DNA of 63,035 nucleotides, the filler included, from Nemertoderma westbladi (Eukaryota; Animalia; Xenacoelomorpha), in assembly GCA_032718475.1 (NCBI GenBank). It is 2 parts of 2 records of this genome, joined end to end, with 100 filler letters (N's around TTAATTAATTAA, not from the genome) between each part and the next. Parts side by side here need not be neighbours in the genome. Positions count along the whole stretch, not along the records: positions 1 to 30,984 come from JAUCBJ010004343.1; positions 31,085 to 63,035 come from JAUCBJ010002217.1. The stretch is one strand, 5' to 3'. Each line of letters begins with the position of its first letter. Position 1 is the first letter of the stretch. The notes beneath the pieces are model-generated. The model was not told the origin of the DNA, ran no database searches, and saw nothing but the letters and a program-made list of their open reading frames with translations. This document shows positions 22,534-34,100 of this stretch, piece after piece. The position numbers were made by a program, and so were the translations under genes.

Positions 22534-22669
22534 CTGTTAGCACCAACGAGATTAACCCCCAACGAGCCGGCCCTAGTGGACAGTAGAAATAACCTGGAGG
22601 GATGGTGGGGGTTGTTGAATTCCTTTATCATACGGTCCCGATCTGTTGACGCAGTCGAACCATCCAACC
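22534..22669 (-). CDS. RAD54L2: RAD54L2/ARIP4 exon, helicase-C motif V
   Basis: aatAG|(R)LDGST...RDRMIKEFN....LFLLSTRAGSLGVNLVGAN(R)|GTaatc. Confidence 0.95.
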
Positions 22670-23236
22670 CTATTATAAGTAGATACATAAGGTAACTATA
22701 GAAACAAACAAGCATTGCGGTTTTATCATTATTGTTCCCTTACTGAGTTTTCTCCAACGCTTGTAGCAAAAATATGAAACCAAAAATAAAACCGGAAATC
22801 CGAGAACCCCAAACCATCTGTTTCAAGTTTCATGCGACCTCATTACGATATGTACTGTACTGTAGAATAAATATTTTAGGTACTACTTTGAATTAGACTC
22901 GCCTTATTCAGACAAATTACACCGTACAGACAGGTTGTGTCGAAAAGGTATATCGTAATGAGATTGCATGAAATTTGAAACAGAGATAGTTCCACCTCCC
23001 TCCTCCTTGCTGGGTGAGCCAGAATTTATATTTTTGCTTTTATACTTTTGCTACAAGCGTTTGAAAAAGGGTATTGCACCAGTTTACACCGCAGTTATTC
23101 TTCACCATTATAGTGAGTTGTTGAGACTGACGGAAAGCTGGCCATGCAAGGATTCCAAATATGTAACAGAATCTGAATTTATAGTTGAAAAATATCTGAT
23201 ATATGTTTTTAACATCCATGAGAATGTATTAAGTAT

Positions 23237-23400
23237 TAAGTAATTTAAACAGGACTTAGAATGATCCAACCTGAACGTTCCGTTCATACCTGAAACGTTT
23301 ATTAGGAGACGCGGGTTCGATCCCCGCTGGTGGCGAATTCATTTTTTCCGCTCAATTTGCTATAGAGTTGGATCATCATAAGTCCTGTTTAAATTACTTA
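23237..23400. mobile_element. Small MITE with ~34-bp TIR and internal Pol III B-box
   Basis: TAAGTAATTTAAACAGGACTTAGAATGATCCAAC ... GTTGGATCATCATAAGTCCTGTTTAAATTACTTA; internal GGTTCGATCCC; TA at both ends. Confidence 0.7.
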
Positions 23401-23595
23401 TACACATACGACTAACGTATTAAATGTGAATGTTCTAATAAATTAATTAAAATAAATTAAAACATTTTGTCTCTGAAAAATCGTTCTAGAACTATTATTA
23501 TACTCTGTAGCGGTTTTATAATAATATGGTGGTCTATCAATCACCCACCCTATTAACGAAATTTTGGAATCAAAAAAAGAAATGTAATAACTATC

Positions 23596-24219
23596 TACAT
23601 ACTTGTCTGTAAAGTAGCACTTTACAGTGTGATGATCCGAGTGGCTTTGTTACACGGACGAACGTTAGTGAGTGAGTGAAAATAAAGCCACGAGGATCAG
23701 AACACTGTCAAGTACTTTGCAACGAGTATGTATGTAGTTTTATTCCAAAATTTTAACATTACGAAATAATTGTACATATACAGCATACGTGATAGAAACT
23801 GCACAAATTATATTAGTTGCTGTATAAATAAATGTAAAAATGACTTAAATTAAGCTATAAATAACTTAGCTTATATTTATGGTGGCGTTTGGAGCCATGT
23901 TATAATAATATAGCTAGGCCCTACTGGTTATTAATAGCTATACCCCGCCTACCGGTAGGTAATGCAGTAGGCCTATCTGGATGTTTTCCAATTTTCCACC
24001 TATTGTTTACGTGGTATCCAATGACGGCGTTAAGTAATGTCCCCTTAGTGGACAATACTTAAAGCCGTCATGGGTTACCACGTAAACAATAACACCAAAT
24101 ACAATACAAAATGTACAGGCCAATGCAATGCTGTAATGTCCTCTAAAGTTGTAAAGTGCTAAATAACAACTCGCTGTTAATACTAACGGCGTTGAGTAAT
24201 GTTACTATTTTGAAATAAA
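23596..24219. mobile_element. Hairpin-rich non-autonomous element family C, copy 1
   Basis: Directly repeated at 30034-30650 with high identity; long terminal stem-loop (23597-23730), internal ~40-bp stem (24003-24090), subterminal TTTATTCCAAAAT inverted repeat as in Helentron-associated elements. Confidence 0.7.
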
Positions 24220-25207
24220 ATAATATAAATTAGAAAGTCAGAAAGCAGGCTTTAAACGAACCTGCCCATCAAACCAGTACAACAGTACCCTGAGTGAGCA
24301 AAAATGGAAACACGAAAATTGCCATCAACTCAACGATAGAAACGCCAGCTGCTGGAACTCATGTGGGCCTAGTAAGCTACTGCTATTTATTGAATAGATA
24401 GGCCCAAACTGCAGAGAAGTATATTACTTGCCAAATTTATTACTATCTCACTCTAACCTGTAACCCAGACAGTAATCAAATATCAACTGTTAGTTTGTAT
24501 AATGTATCACCTCAACAGCTGAATAGCTCTTCCCAGTGAATCCTATGGGAATATCTGTAAGGTTTACTATTCACTGCTATGTTAGGTGGGAGGCCAGCAG
24601 ATTGAATTGTAAGCACTGGGCCGTTCAAATGTTTTATAGGTTGATGATAATGAATGATGAGGGACCTAACTAATAATTTACTCTTTTAGACGAATTTCTG
24701 CGTTTATTTTTTCGGACAAACAAATTTTAGCGAAGTTATGTGTGAGATTGGCGATATTTGAAAAGATTATGATGCTAAAATTAAAATATGTTGCTCAGAT
24801 GACTGAATATCTCAAATAAAAAAGTTGGTGCATACTCGTCGAGTTGAAATCGGTGAAATTCGACTTTAAATTTCAAAACCGCTATTTTTCAGTGACCCAG
24901 TGGCCGAAACGCCACACAAAATATACAGCCGCTTGCGCAACCAAAATTAATGTAGAGTTCGCTTTTAAAATTCTTGCGTACCTGCTTGAGTTTTAGAGAT
25001 ATTGGATGGTAATATATAACATACACACACACATTGTGTTTTTGAACGGCTCAACTCTTGACAAGAACTACCCTGGCCTCTTAATAGGCAGGTTTGTTAT
25101 TACACCCGCCACTTGTTATTATTTAATAAACAACCGTAAAGGGCGTAAAAAAACACATTTATCAAAACCAAATCATAAGCAGATAGCGTATACCTTAATA
25201 TACTTAC

Positions 25208-25358
25208 TGAAGTATGTGGTGTTTCTCTTCCATTGCAGTGGGTTGGGATCCATTTGATTGTTGGAATCCTTGCGACTTGTGGATTCAACTACGGATGGCT
25301 CACACAAGAAATCTTCAATAACAGATAAGGTAGCCAAACTCTGACTAAACAACAAAAC
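25208..25358 (-). CDS. RAD54L2: RAD54L2/ARIP4 exon, helicase motif IV (most 5' exon visible)
   Basis: ttgcAG|VLLFSQSLATLSVIEDFL...QWKRNTTYF|GTaagt; joins in frame to give YFRLDGST. Confidence 0.93.
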
Positions 25359-25751
25359 CTGCAAATGAACAACAAAAAACTTATTACATTCGTGAAATAT
25401 GGGGTAGTTTATAAGACTCGATTGTACGTGTTATCTTACTGTAGTTAAACTGGTCATTCTGTGAAAGTTCCATTAATATTGATGCAGTGGTTCAAAGGTT
25501 ATTAAGTATAGACGAAGTGATATTTAGCGCCTCCTAGCGGCGGGCCATGAAATTGCAGGACGCAAAAATTATCTAAACTTTCCAACCTTTTTCTTTACTA
25601 CATACATACCAACACAACTGTGATTTGGCCCTGTATTAAACCAATGCATTAAACTGTATGGTAAAGCTCGCGTAGGTACTTCGTGAATCGAACCCAATAG
25701 ATCATCTACAGGTTATTTAATATTCTAGAATATTATAATACATATAATATA

Positions 25752-28700
25752 CACCATGTCCTGGAATATAGTGTCGTTGTTCTGGTACATGCCCCCCCCC
25801 CCCCCCAAAAAAAAATTTCTTTACAAATCGTAATGAGATTACATGAGATTTGAAATATAGATAGTTTCACTTCCCTCTTCCTTACTGGGTGAGCCAGAAT
25901 TTTTATTTTAACTTTCGTTCTTTAGCTACAAACGTTTAAAAAAGGTGTCTCCGTCGATATTGCACCAGTTACACCATAGTTATTTTCCAAACTTTTAATG
26001 ATTTTTTGGTACTATTGGAAAGCTGACCGTGCAAGGATTCCAAATATGTAAAAATATTTGAATTTGGTTGGGAAATAGCTGAGATATGGGCATTCTAAAT
26101 TTGCATGTATTTGCTTCCGCTGCAGGCCATTTATTCTATTAAATAAATACACAATGTTCTAGAACATTTTGTTTATCTCTTAAGTAGCTTGGTGGGATAA
26201 ATATTTCTCCATTTGACGCAACACCGCCGCGGCCGCTATGAGGGAGGTGAATACCGCGGCCGCTCCTAAAGCCGCAGGCCATCGCTAACTATATAGGTTA
26301 ACTTGGGATTCTGGGGGACTTTTCGATGAAGGAACTGACCAAATTTTTTTATTTTCTCACCAGGGGAGCGGCTCGGAATTCTAAGATATTAGCAACTCTA
26401 ACATCATTAAATCTAACCCTTCGACGGACACGGCGGACAAAAAACCGTCATTTTTTCGACAATTTTAAAATTTTTTTGAAAGGCGCTCTACAGTGGCTCG
26501 AAAAAACCCTAGGTTATTGCTTAGCCGACGCCGGGATACGATAGAAGGGATTAATTAGTGAATTCGTTTTTTTTTTCAAAAAAGATTACCACGCCTTTTT
26601 TCCGAAAATGTCCGTCAAAGTTGAAAAAACGGACAAAATGACTTTGCGGGATCTGCTATAACTCGGCTAATATTAATCGTACGGGGACGAAAGTAACGCG
26701 GTTGGAAAGGGGAAGAGTGGTACTACCTTCGTATCGAATGGGGGTAAGATATTTATTAAAATTTCGGGTGGAAAAAGGGGCTGTAAATTTGTACGTTTTT
26801 GTCCGTCTTTTTTGGAAAACTTATTTCCGAAATGTTTAATTCGACAACGCGGGTAGGAATCCACTAATTCTTTTATGAAACTCGTAGAAGACCATTGGGG
26901 CTACGTTCCTATCGAATGGGGGTACAAAAAATATGTCGGCAATAGGGGCCAAAAAGGGCCAGAATTTGTAAAGTAGTTTTTATCGAATAATTTTTTATTT
27001 TTAACTTTAGTTGGTTAAGGTACATTCTATACAGTCAATATCCATACGGGGAATTCAAATATGCTATCGGTTTTGCTCCAAGGATGATATTAAAAAAATG
27101 AGGGCCAAAATTATAATTTCGCGCTTCAAACTTGCTTCGCGGGAAATCGTCTAGCTCGAAAACTACTTAACTTACGGGAGATTTGTTTACACAGACTTAT
27201 ATTGCGTTAAATTATCTATCTAACAGCGTTAATCACAGCGCCGGAGGTATTATAAAACTGGAGCGGCAGACGATCGTGTGAAATATAATATTTATAAAAA
27301 GGGACGAAAAAATTTTTTTTTTAACAAATCGCTACTCCATTATAATTTAGCGTATTGCGCCAAAAGTACCTGTAAAAAGTATCAAATTAACTCCCCTATC
27401 TTTTATCTTAACATATATAATTAAAATTACGAATTTTAAGGGTCAAAAAATATCGCGTTATTTTGGCCCTTTTTTTTAATTTTTTTGGGGCCAAAAATAT
27501 CCCCTTCTCAAAAGATTAAGAAAAAAATTACGGCAAAGAATATACCAATTTTATTGAATTTGGACCACCAGAACCGAAGTTAGAGCTATTTTAGTGAAAA
27601 AATAAAAATAATTTTTTTGCAAAAAATTAAGAATGGTCAATATTGGATTTCGAACCCGCGAACTTAGGTATCATTAACGTGATTGATTACCACTAGACTA
27701 CGTGATCAAGTGAATTTGAAATTTTCGAGTGACTATTTTTAAACATCAATAACTTCGGTTCTACTGGGCCGTTTGATCTGAAACTTTTTTCATTGGATAG
27801 AGGATAGATTGTAGTGTGTGAAATAGGATACAACTTGGGAAAAGACGCATGTGCACTTTGTGCAAAATGCACTTAAATAGTGAACATTTTTTCGATATTT
27901 CAAACACTATTATTTCCAGTTCTATTCATCGTAGAATGTTATTTTTTGGATTAAAATGTAGTTTGGAATGATTTCTAACTATAATCGTAACATTTGTTTA
28001 ACTTTTTATGTCTATAAAGTGACTTAAAATGTCCATGAATATGGTCCAAAATCGCAAATATCGAGATTTATTAATATTGGATTTTTGACACTTTTAGCGA
28101 CTGACACTTGATCATATACAATCGTAGATCGGTAGAGGATAAACATAAGTTTGTTAAATAAGAGCCACCATTACGATCTGCTAAAGTGCACTTGTACAAA
28201 TAAGTGTGCAAAAGTGCAAATTTTTAAATAAGGTCAAATTATATAGTATTGGGTTCTTTTCTTTGCAGATACTTTATTTTCATATTAATATGTTGTTTGG
28301 ACCTTACTGAGCGCATTAGGGGATATGCGTACAAATAACCGGCCCTTATGAGGCTTCGATTGGGTAAATTAATAAAACATAAGGTTGTATAGTATAATAT
28401 TATAAAAACCAGTGTGATATTAAATGCACTTTAAATAATAAATAGAGATCAAATAACAAATGGACCACACAATTAAAAACTCGCACAATTTTGTACTTAT
28501 TATATCGCTTCAAATTAATTCAACAGTGGATATTTGGGGGAAGGGGGAAGTTACAATGTGCATTCGGGGGAAGCTTGGTGAACTGCATTTATGCAGTGAA
28601 TCCAAACTTCCCCCTTTGATATATCATATACTTAAGACATGCTAGGGTGACGGGGAAATATTTGTTACTGACACACTTTGCTTCCATTTATACTATCCTT

Positions 28701-29696
28701 TATAATAATCAGTCAGATAAGAGATAATAAATCAGTAAAAACTAAACTAAACTGTCTTTCATGCAAACAAATTTCTAACCAAAGACGGGTGAATGACCAT
28801 GACCATGGAAATAATTTTAAATATAATCGTATATCAACTATTTGGGGAGGCTTCCAAGTTAAACCCGAAAACAATTATTTCGTTACATAGTAAATAACGT
28901 TGTATGTTCTTCTTCCTCTCATAATAAAATATAAATGAAATATCTCAGATCGCTATGCCCTGTAACATTTCACAACCAAAACATTTAAGTGTGAAAAGTG
29001 TAGGCCTACCACACACCGCCCAAACAACCGCAAACGCATAGCCAACAAATTTAACAAAAGGTTACATACATGTTGGGTTCATGACGAGATGAGTGAAAAT
29101 TGATCGCGTAATATAAAGTAAAAAATTAAGAGACGGGCTGGCTCTCCTCCACTTTCTTACCCAATGGATATGTTGTTGTAATAATCTAATATTGGGGCGG
29201 CTTTCTCTCGGTAACAATGCAATGCCTACATGATAATACTAGTATATGGATATTCATACATAATCAAAATGTTATCGAACATTGTGTTTATTGTGTTCTA
29301 CAACATTGTGTATTTATTAAATAGAATTAACGGCCTGCAGCAGAAGCCAATACATGTAAAATTCGAATGCCAATATCTCAGCTATTTCCCAACCAAATTC
29401 AAATATTTTTACATATTTGGAATCTTTGCACGGCCAGCTTTCCACTAGTACCTACAAATCACTAAGGTTGAAGAATAAATATGGTGTAACTGGTGCAATA
29501 TCGACGGAGACACATTTTTCGGAGAACGAAAGCGAAAATAAGAATTCTGGCTCACCCAACAAGGAGGAGGGAGGTGAAACTAACTCTGTTTCAAATTTCA
29601 TGCAATCTTATTAAGATTTGTAAAAAAATTTGAGAGGGGGGGGGGGGGGGGGGGGGGGTCATGTACCAGAATAACGACACTATATTCCACATGGGG
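25752..29696. mobile_element. Family B long-TIR element split by a 3-kb insertion
   Basis: Arms 25752-26190 and ~29270-29696 are reverse complements (CACCATGT..GGAATATAGTGTCGTTGTTCTGGTACATG / CATGTACCAGAATAACGACACTATATTCCACATGGGG); TA flanks. Confidence 0.75.
26194..29209 (+). mobile_element. Unclassified 3.0-kb non-coding insertion element (family E) flanked by GGT
   Basis: Interrupts the family B motif AGCTTGG[CT]AACAATGCAAT (intact near 11601); GGT at 26191-93 and 29210-12; first 194 bp identical to 62842-63035. Confidence 0.7.
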
Positions 29697-30033
29697 TATA
29701 ATAGTGACTATTATATACTGTATAATATTGACTGCATTACCTATTTTGGTATTTCTCTAATTTTAAAGTCTAATCTAATCTCTAAAGTTAATTCACAACT
29801 GGAAAAGCCCTGTTATATGATATTTATGCTTTTGGTTTAAAAGTGATTACCAGCGAATAAAACGACGTAAGTGGCAGCAAAAAGTAACGTTCTAAACTAA
29901 AGTTTAGAACGTTTAGAACGTTTAGAACGCCTTGAAAGTAAACCGGCCAAATTTATTACAGTTTAAATATTCTAGACTGTTACTTAGAGTCGTGTTTTTG
30001 CTTTTTTAACTAATAATTTAGGTAATAACAATT

Positions 30034-30650
30034 TACATACTTGTGTGTAAAGTAGCACTTTACAGTGTGATAATCCGAGTGGCTTTGTTACACGAACGAA
30101 CGTTAGTGAGTGAGTGAAAATAAAGCCACGAGGATCAGAACACTTTAAAGTACTTTGCAACAAGTATCTATGTAGTTTTATTCCAAAATTTTAACATTAC
30201 GAAATGATTGTACATATACACTATAAGTGATAGAAACTGCACAATAGTTGCTGTATAAATAAATGTAAAAATGACATCAATTATGTTATAAATAAGTTAG
30301 CTTATATTAATGGTGGCGTTTGGAGCCATGTTATAATAATATAGCTAGGCCCTACTGGTTATTTATAGCTATACCCCGCCTACCGGTAGGTAATGCAGTA
30401 GGCCTATCTGGCTTTCAGGCAAATTTCCACCTATTCTTTACGTGGTGTCCAATGACGGCGTTAAGTAATGTCCCCTTAGTGGACATTACTTAACGCCGTC
30501 ATGGGTTACCACGTAAACAATAACACCAAATACAATAATAAATGTACAGGCCAATACAATGCTGTAATGTCCTCTAAAGTTGTAAAGTGCTAAATAACAA
30601 CTCGCTGTTAATACTAACGGGGTTGAGTAATGTTACAATTTTGGAATAAA
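30034..30650. mobile_element. Hairpin-rich element family C, copy 2
   Basis: Direct repeat of 23596-24219. Confidence 0.7.
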
Positions 30651-30984
30651 GAGTATTTAAGTGTTTAATTGGCTAGAGTTCCGAAAAGCACCACATTTTT
30701 AAAACATAAAATCATTGTTACTATGGCAACGTTGACGAGCTGAAAGTATTATATATTCTAAACCATAAATAAAATAAAAGGTACAATGTTCTAGAATATA
30801 ATATAGCTAATTTATTATATTTAAAAATGGCTCGTAAATTTAAAGGCATTAGTGTGGCCAGGTGCCCACTTTTTGACCAATTTTTTTCATGTGAAAATGA
30901 CTATTATTTTCGTGAAATTTATTGCTCTAGAACAAAAATTAGACCTTCTGAGAATAAGATGTGAGTGTTTTTTATGGTAGGTAG

Positions 30985-31084
30985 NNNNNNNNNNNNNNNN
31001 NNNNNNNNNNNNNNNNNNNNNNNNNNNNTTAATTAATTAANNNNNNNNNNNNNNNNNNNNNNNNNNNNNNNNNNNNNNNNNNNN
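30985..31084. other. Artificial contig-joining spacer N44-TTAATTAATTAA-N44
   Basis: Exactly 100 nt and symmetrical; TTAATTAATTAA gives stops in all six frames, a standard pseudomolecule linker. Confidence 0.95.
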
Positions 31085-31111
31085 TTCTAATATACGTACG
31101 ACATGTTAGTA

Positions 31112-34100
31112 AGTAAACCTTTCCACTCTGTTTCCTAAAGGAATGCCTGTTCACCACCATGTGTGATCTTCCACAGTAAACCCTTCCATTCTGTTTCCTA
31201 AAGGAATGCCTGCTCACCATCACGGGTGATCTTCCACAGTAAACACTTCCATTCTGTTTCCTAAAGGAATGCCTGTTCACCACCATGGATGATCTTCTAC
31301 AGTAAATCCTTCCACCCTGCTCCCTAAAGGAATGCCTGTTCACCACCATGGGTGATGTTCCACAGTAAACACTTCCACTCTGTTTCCTAAAGGAATGCTT
31401 GTTTACCACCATGGTTGATCTTCCACAGTAAACCCCTCCACTCTGATTCCTAAAGGAATGACTGTTTACCACCATGGGTTATCTTCCACAGTAAACCCTT
31501 CCACTCTGTTTCCTAAAGGAATGCCTGTTCACCACCATGGATGATCTTCCACAGTAAACCTTTCCACTCTGTTTCCTAAAGGAATGCCTGTTCACCACCA
31601 TGTGTGATCTTCCACAGTAAACCCTTCTACTCTGTTTCCTAAAGGAATGCCTGTTCACCACCATGGATGATCTTCCACAGTAAACATTTCCACTCTGTTT
31701 CCTAAAGGAATGCCTGTTCACCACCATGGATGATCTTCCACAGTAAACCTTTCCACTCTGTTTCCTAAAGGAATGCCTGTTCACCACCATGTGTGATCTT
31801 CCACAGTAAACCCTTCTACTCTGTTTCCTAAAGGAATGCCTGTTCACCACCATGGATGATCTTCCACAGTAAACCTTTCCACTCTGTTTCCTAAAGGAAT
31901 GCCTGTTCACCACCATGTGTGATCTTCCACAGTAAACCCTTCCATTCTGTTTCCTAAAGGAATGCCTGTTCACCATCACGGGTGATCTTCCACAGTAAAC
32001 ACTTCCATTCTGTTTCCTAAAGGAATGCCTGTTCACCACCATGGATGATCTTCCACAGTAAACCTTTCCACTCTGTTTCCTAAAGGAATGCCTGTTCACC
32101 ACCATGGATGATCTTCCACAGTAAACCTTTCCACTCTGTTTCCTAAAGGAATGCCTGTTCACCATCACGGGTGATCTTCCACAGTAAACACTTCCATTCT
32201 GTTTCCTAAAGGAATGCCTGTTCACCACCATGGATGATCTTCCACAGTAAACCTTTCCACTCCGTTTCCTAAAGGAATGCCTGTTCACCACCATGGATGA
32301 TCTTCCACAGTAAACCTTTCCACTCTGTTTCCTAAAGGAATGCCTGTTCACCACCATGGATGATCTTCCACAGTAAACCTTTCCACTCTGTTTCCTAAAG
32401 GAATGCCTGTTCACCACCATGGATGATCTTCCACAGTAAACCTTTCCACTCTGTTTCCTAAAGGAATGCCTGTTCACCACCATGGATGATCTTCCACAGT
32501 AAACCTTTCCACTCTGTTTCCTAAAGGAATGCCTGTTCACCACCATGTGTGATCTTCCACAGTAAACCCTTCTACTCTGTTTCCTAAAGGAATGCCTGTT
32601 CACCACCATGGATGATCTTCCACAGTAAACCCTTCCATTCTGTTTCCTAAAGGAATGCCTGGTCACCATCACGGGTGATCTTCCACAGTAAACACTTCCA
32701 TTCTGTTTCCTAAAGGAATGCCTGTTCACCACCATGGATGATCTTCCACAGTAAACCTTTCCACTCTGTTTCCTAAAGGAATGCCTGTTCACCACCATGG
32801 ATGATCTTCCACAGTAAACACTTCCACTCTGTTTCCTAAAGGAATGCCTGTTCACCACCATGTGTGATCTTCCACAGTAAACACTTCCACTCTGTTTCCT
32901 AAAGGAATGCCTGTTCACCACCATGGATGATCTTCCACAGTAAACCTTTCCACTCTGTTTCCTAAAGGAATTCCTGTTCACCACCATGGATGATCTTCCA
33001 CAGTAAACCTTTCCACTCTGTTTCCTAAAGGAATGCCTGTTCACCACCATGGATGATCTTCCACAGTAAACCCTTCCACACTGTTTCCTAAAGGAATGTC
33101 TGTTCACCACCATGGATGATCTTCCACAGTATACCTTTCCACTCTGTTTCCTAAAGGAATTCCTGTTCACCACCATGGATGATCTTCCACAGTAAACCTT
33201 TCCACTCTGTTTCCTAAAGGAATGCCTGTTCACCACCATGGAAGATCTTCCACAGTAAACCTTTCCACTCTGTTTCCTAAAGGAATGCCTGTTCACCACC
33301 ATGGATGATCTTCCACAGTAAACCTTTCCACTCTGTTTCCTAAAGGAATGCCTGTTCACCACCATGTGTGATCTTCCACAGTAAACACTTCCACTCTGTT
33401 TCCTAAAGGAATGCCTGTTCACCACCATGGATGATCTTCCACAGTAAACCTTTCCACTCTGTTTCCTAAAGGAATGCCTGTTCACCACCATGTGTGATCT
33501 TCCACAGTAAACACTTCCACTCTGTTTCCTAAAGGAATGCCTGTTCACCACCATGTGTGATCTTCCACAGTAAACACTTCCACTCTGTTTCCTAAAGGAA
33601 TTCCTGTTCACCACCATGGATGATCTTCCACAGTAAACCTTTCCACTCTGTTTCCTAAAGGAATGCCTGTTCACCACCACGGGTGCTTTTCCACAGTAAA
33701 CCCTTCCAGCTCTGTTTCCTAAAGGAATGTCTGTTCACCACCATGGATGATCTTCCACAGTAAACCTTTCCACTCTGTTTCCCAAAGGAATACCTGTTCA
33801 CAACCATGGGTGATCTTCCACAGTAAACCCTTCCACACTGTTTCCTAAAGGAATGTCTGTTCACCACCATGGATGATCTTCCACAGTATACCTTTCCACT
33901 CTGTTTCCTAAAGGAATTCCTGTTCACCACCATGGATGATCTTCCACAGTAAACCTTTCCACTCTGTTTCCTAAAGGAATGCCTGTTCACCACCATGTGT
34001 GATCTTCCACAGTAAACACTTCCACTCTGTTTCCTAAAGGAATGCCTGTTCACCACCATGTGTGATCTTCCACAGTAAACACTTCCACTCTGTTTCCTAA

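Noticed and set aside
20082-25358. ATRX assignment for the SNF2 exons
   Set aside because: WNPCHD, RQISKQGMSDRVVD and the DIPIPG block fit RAD54L2/ARIP4 better.
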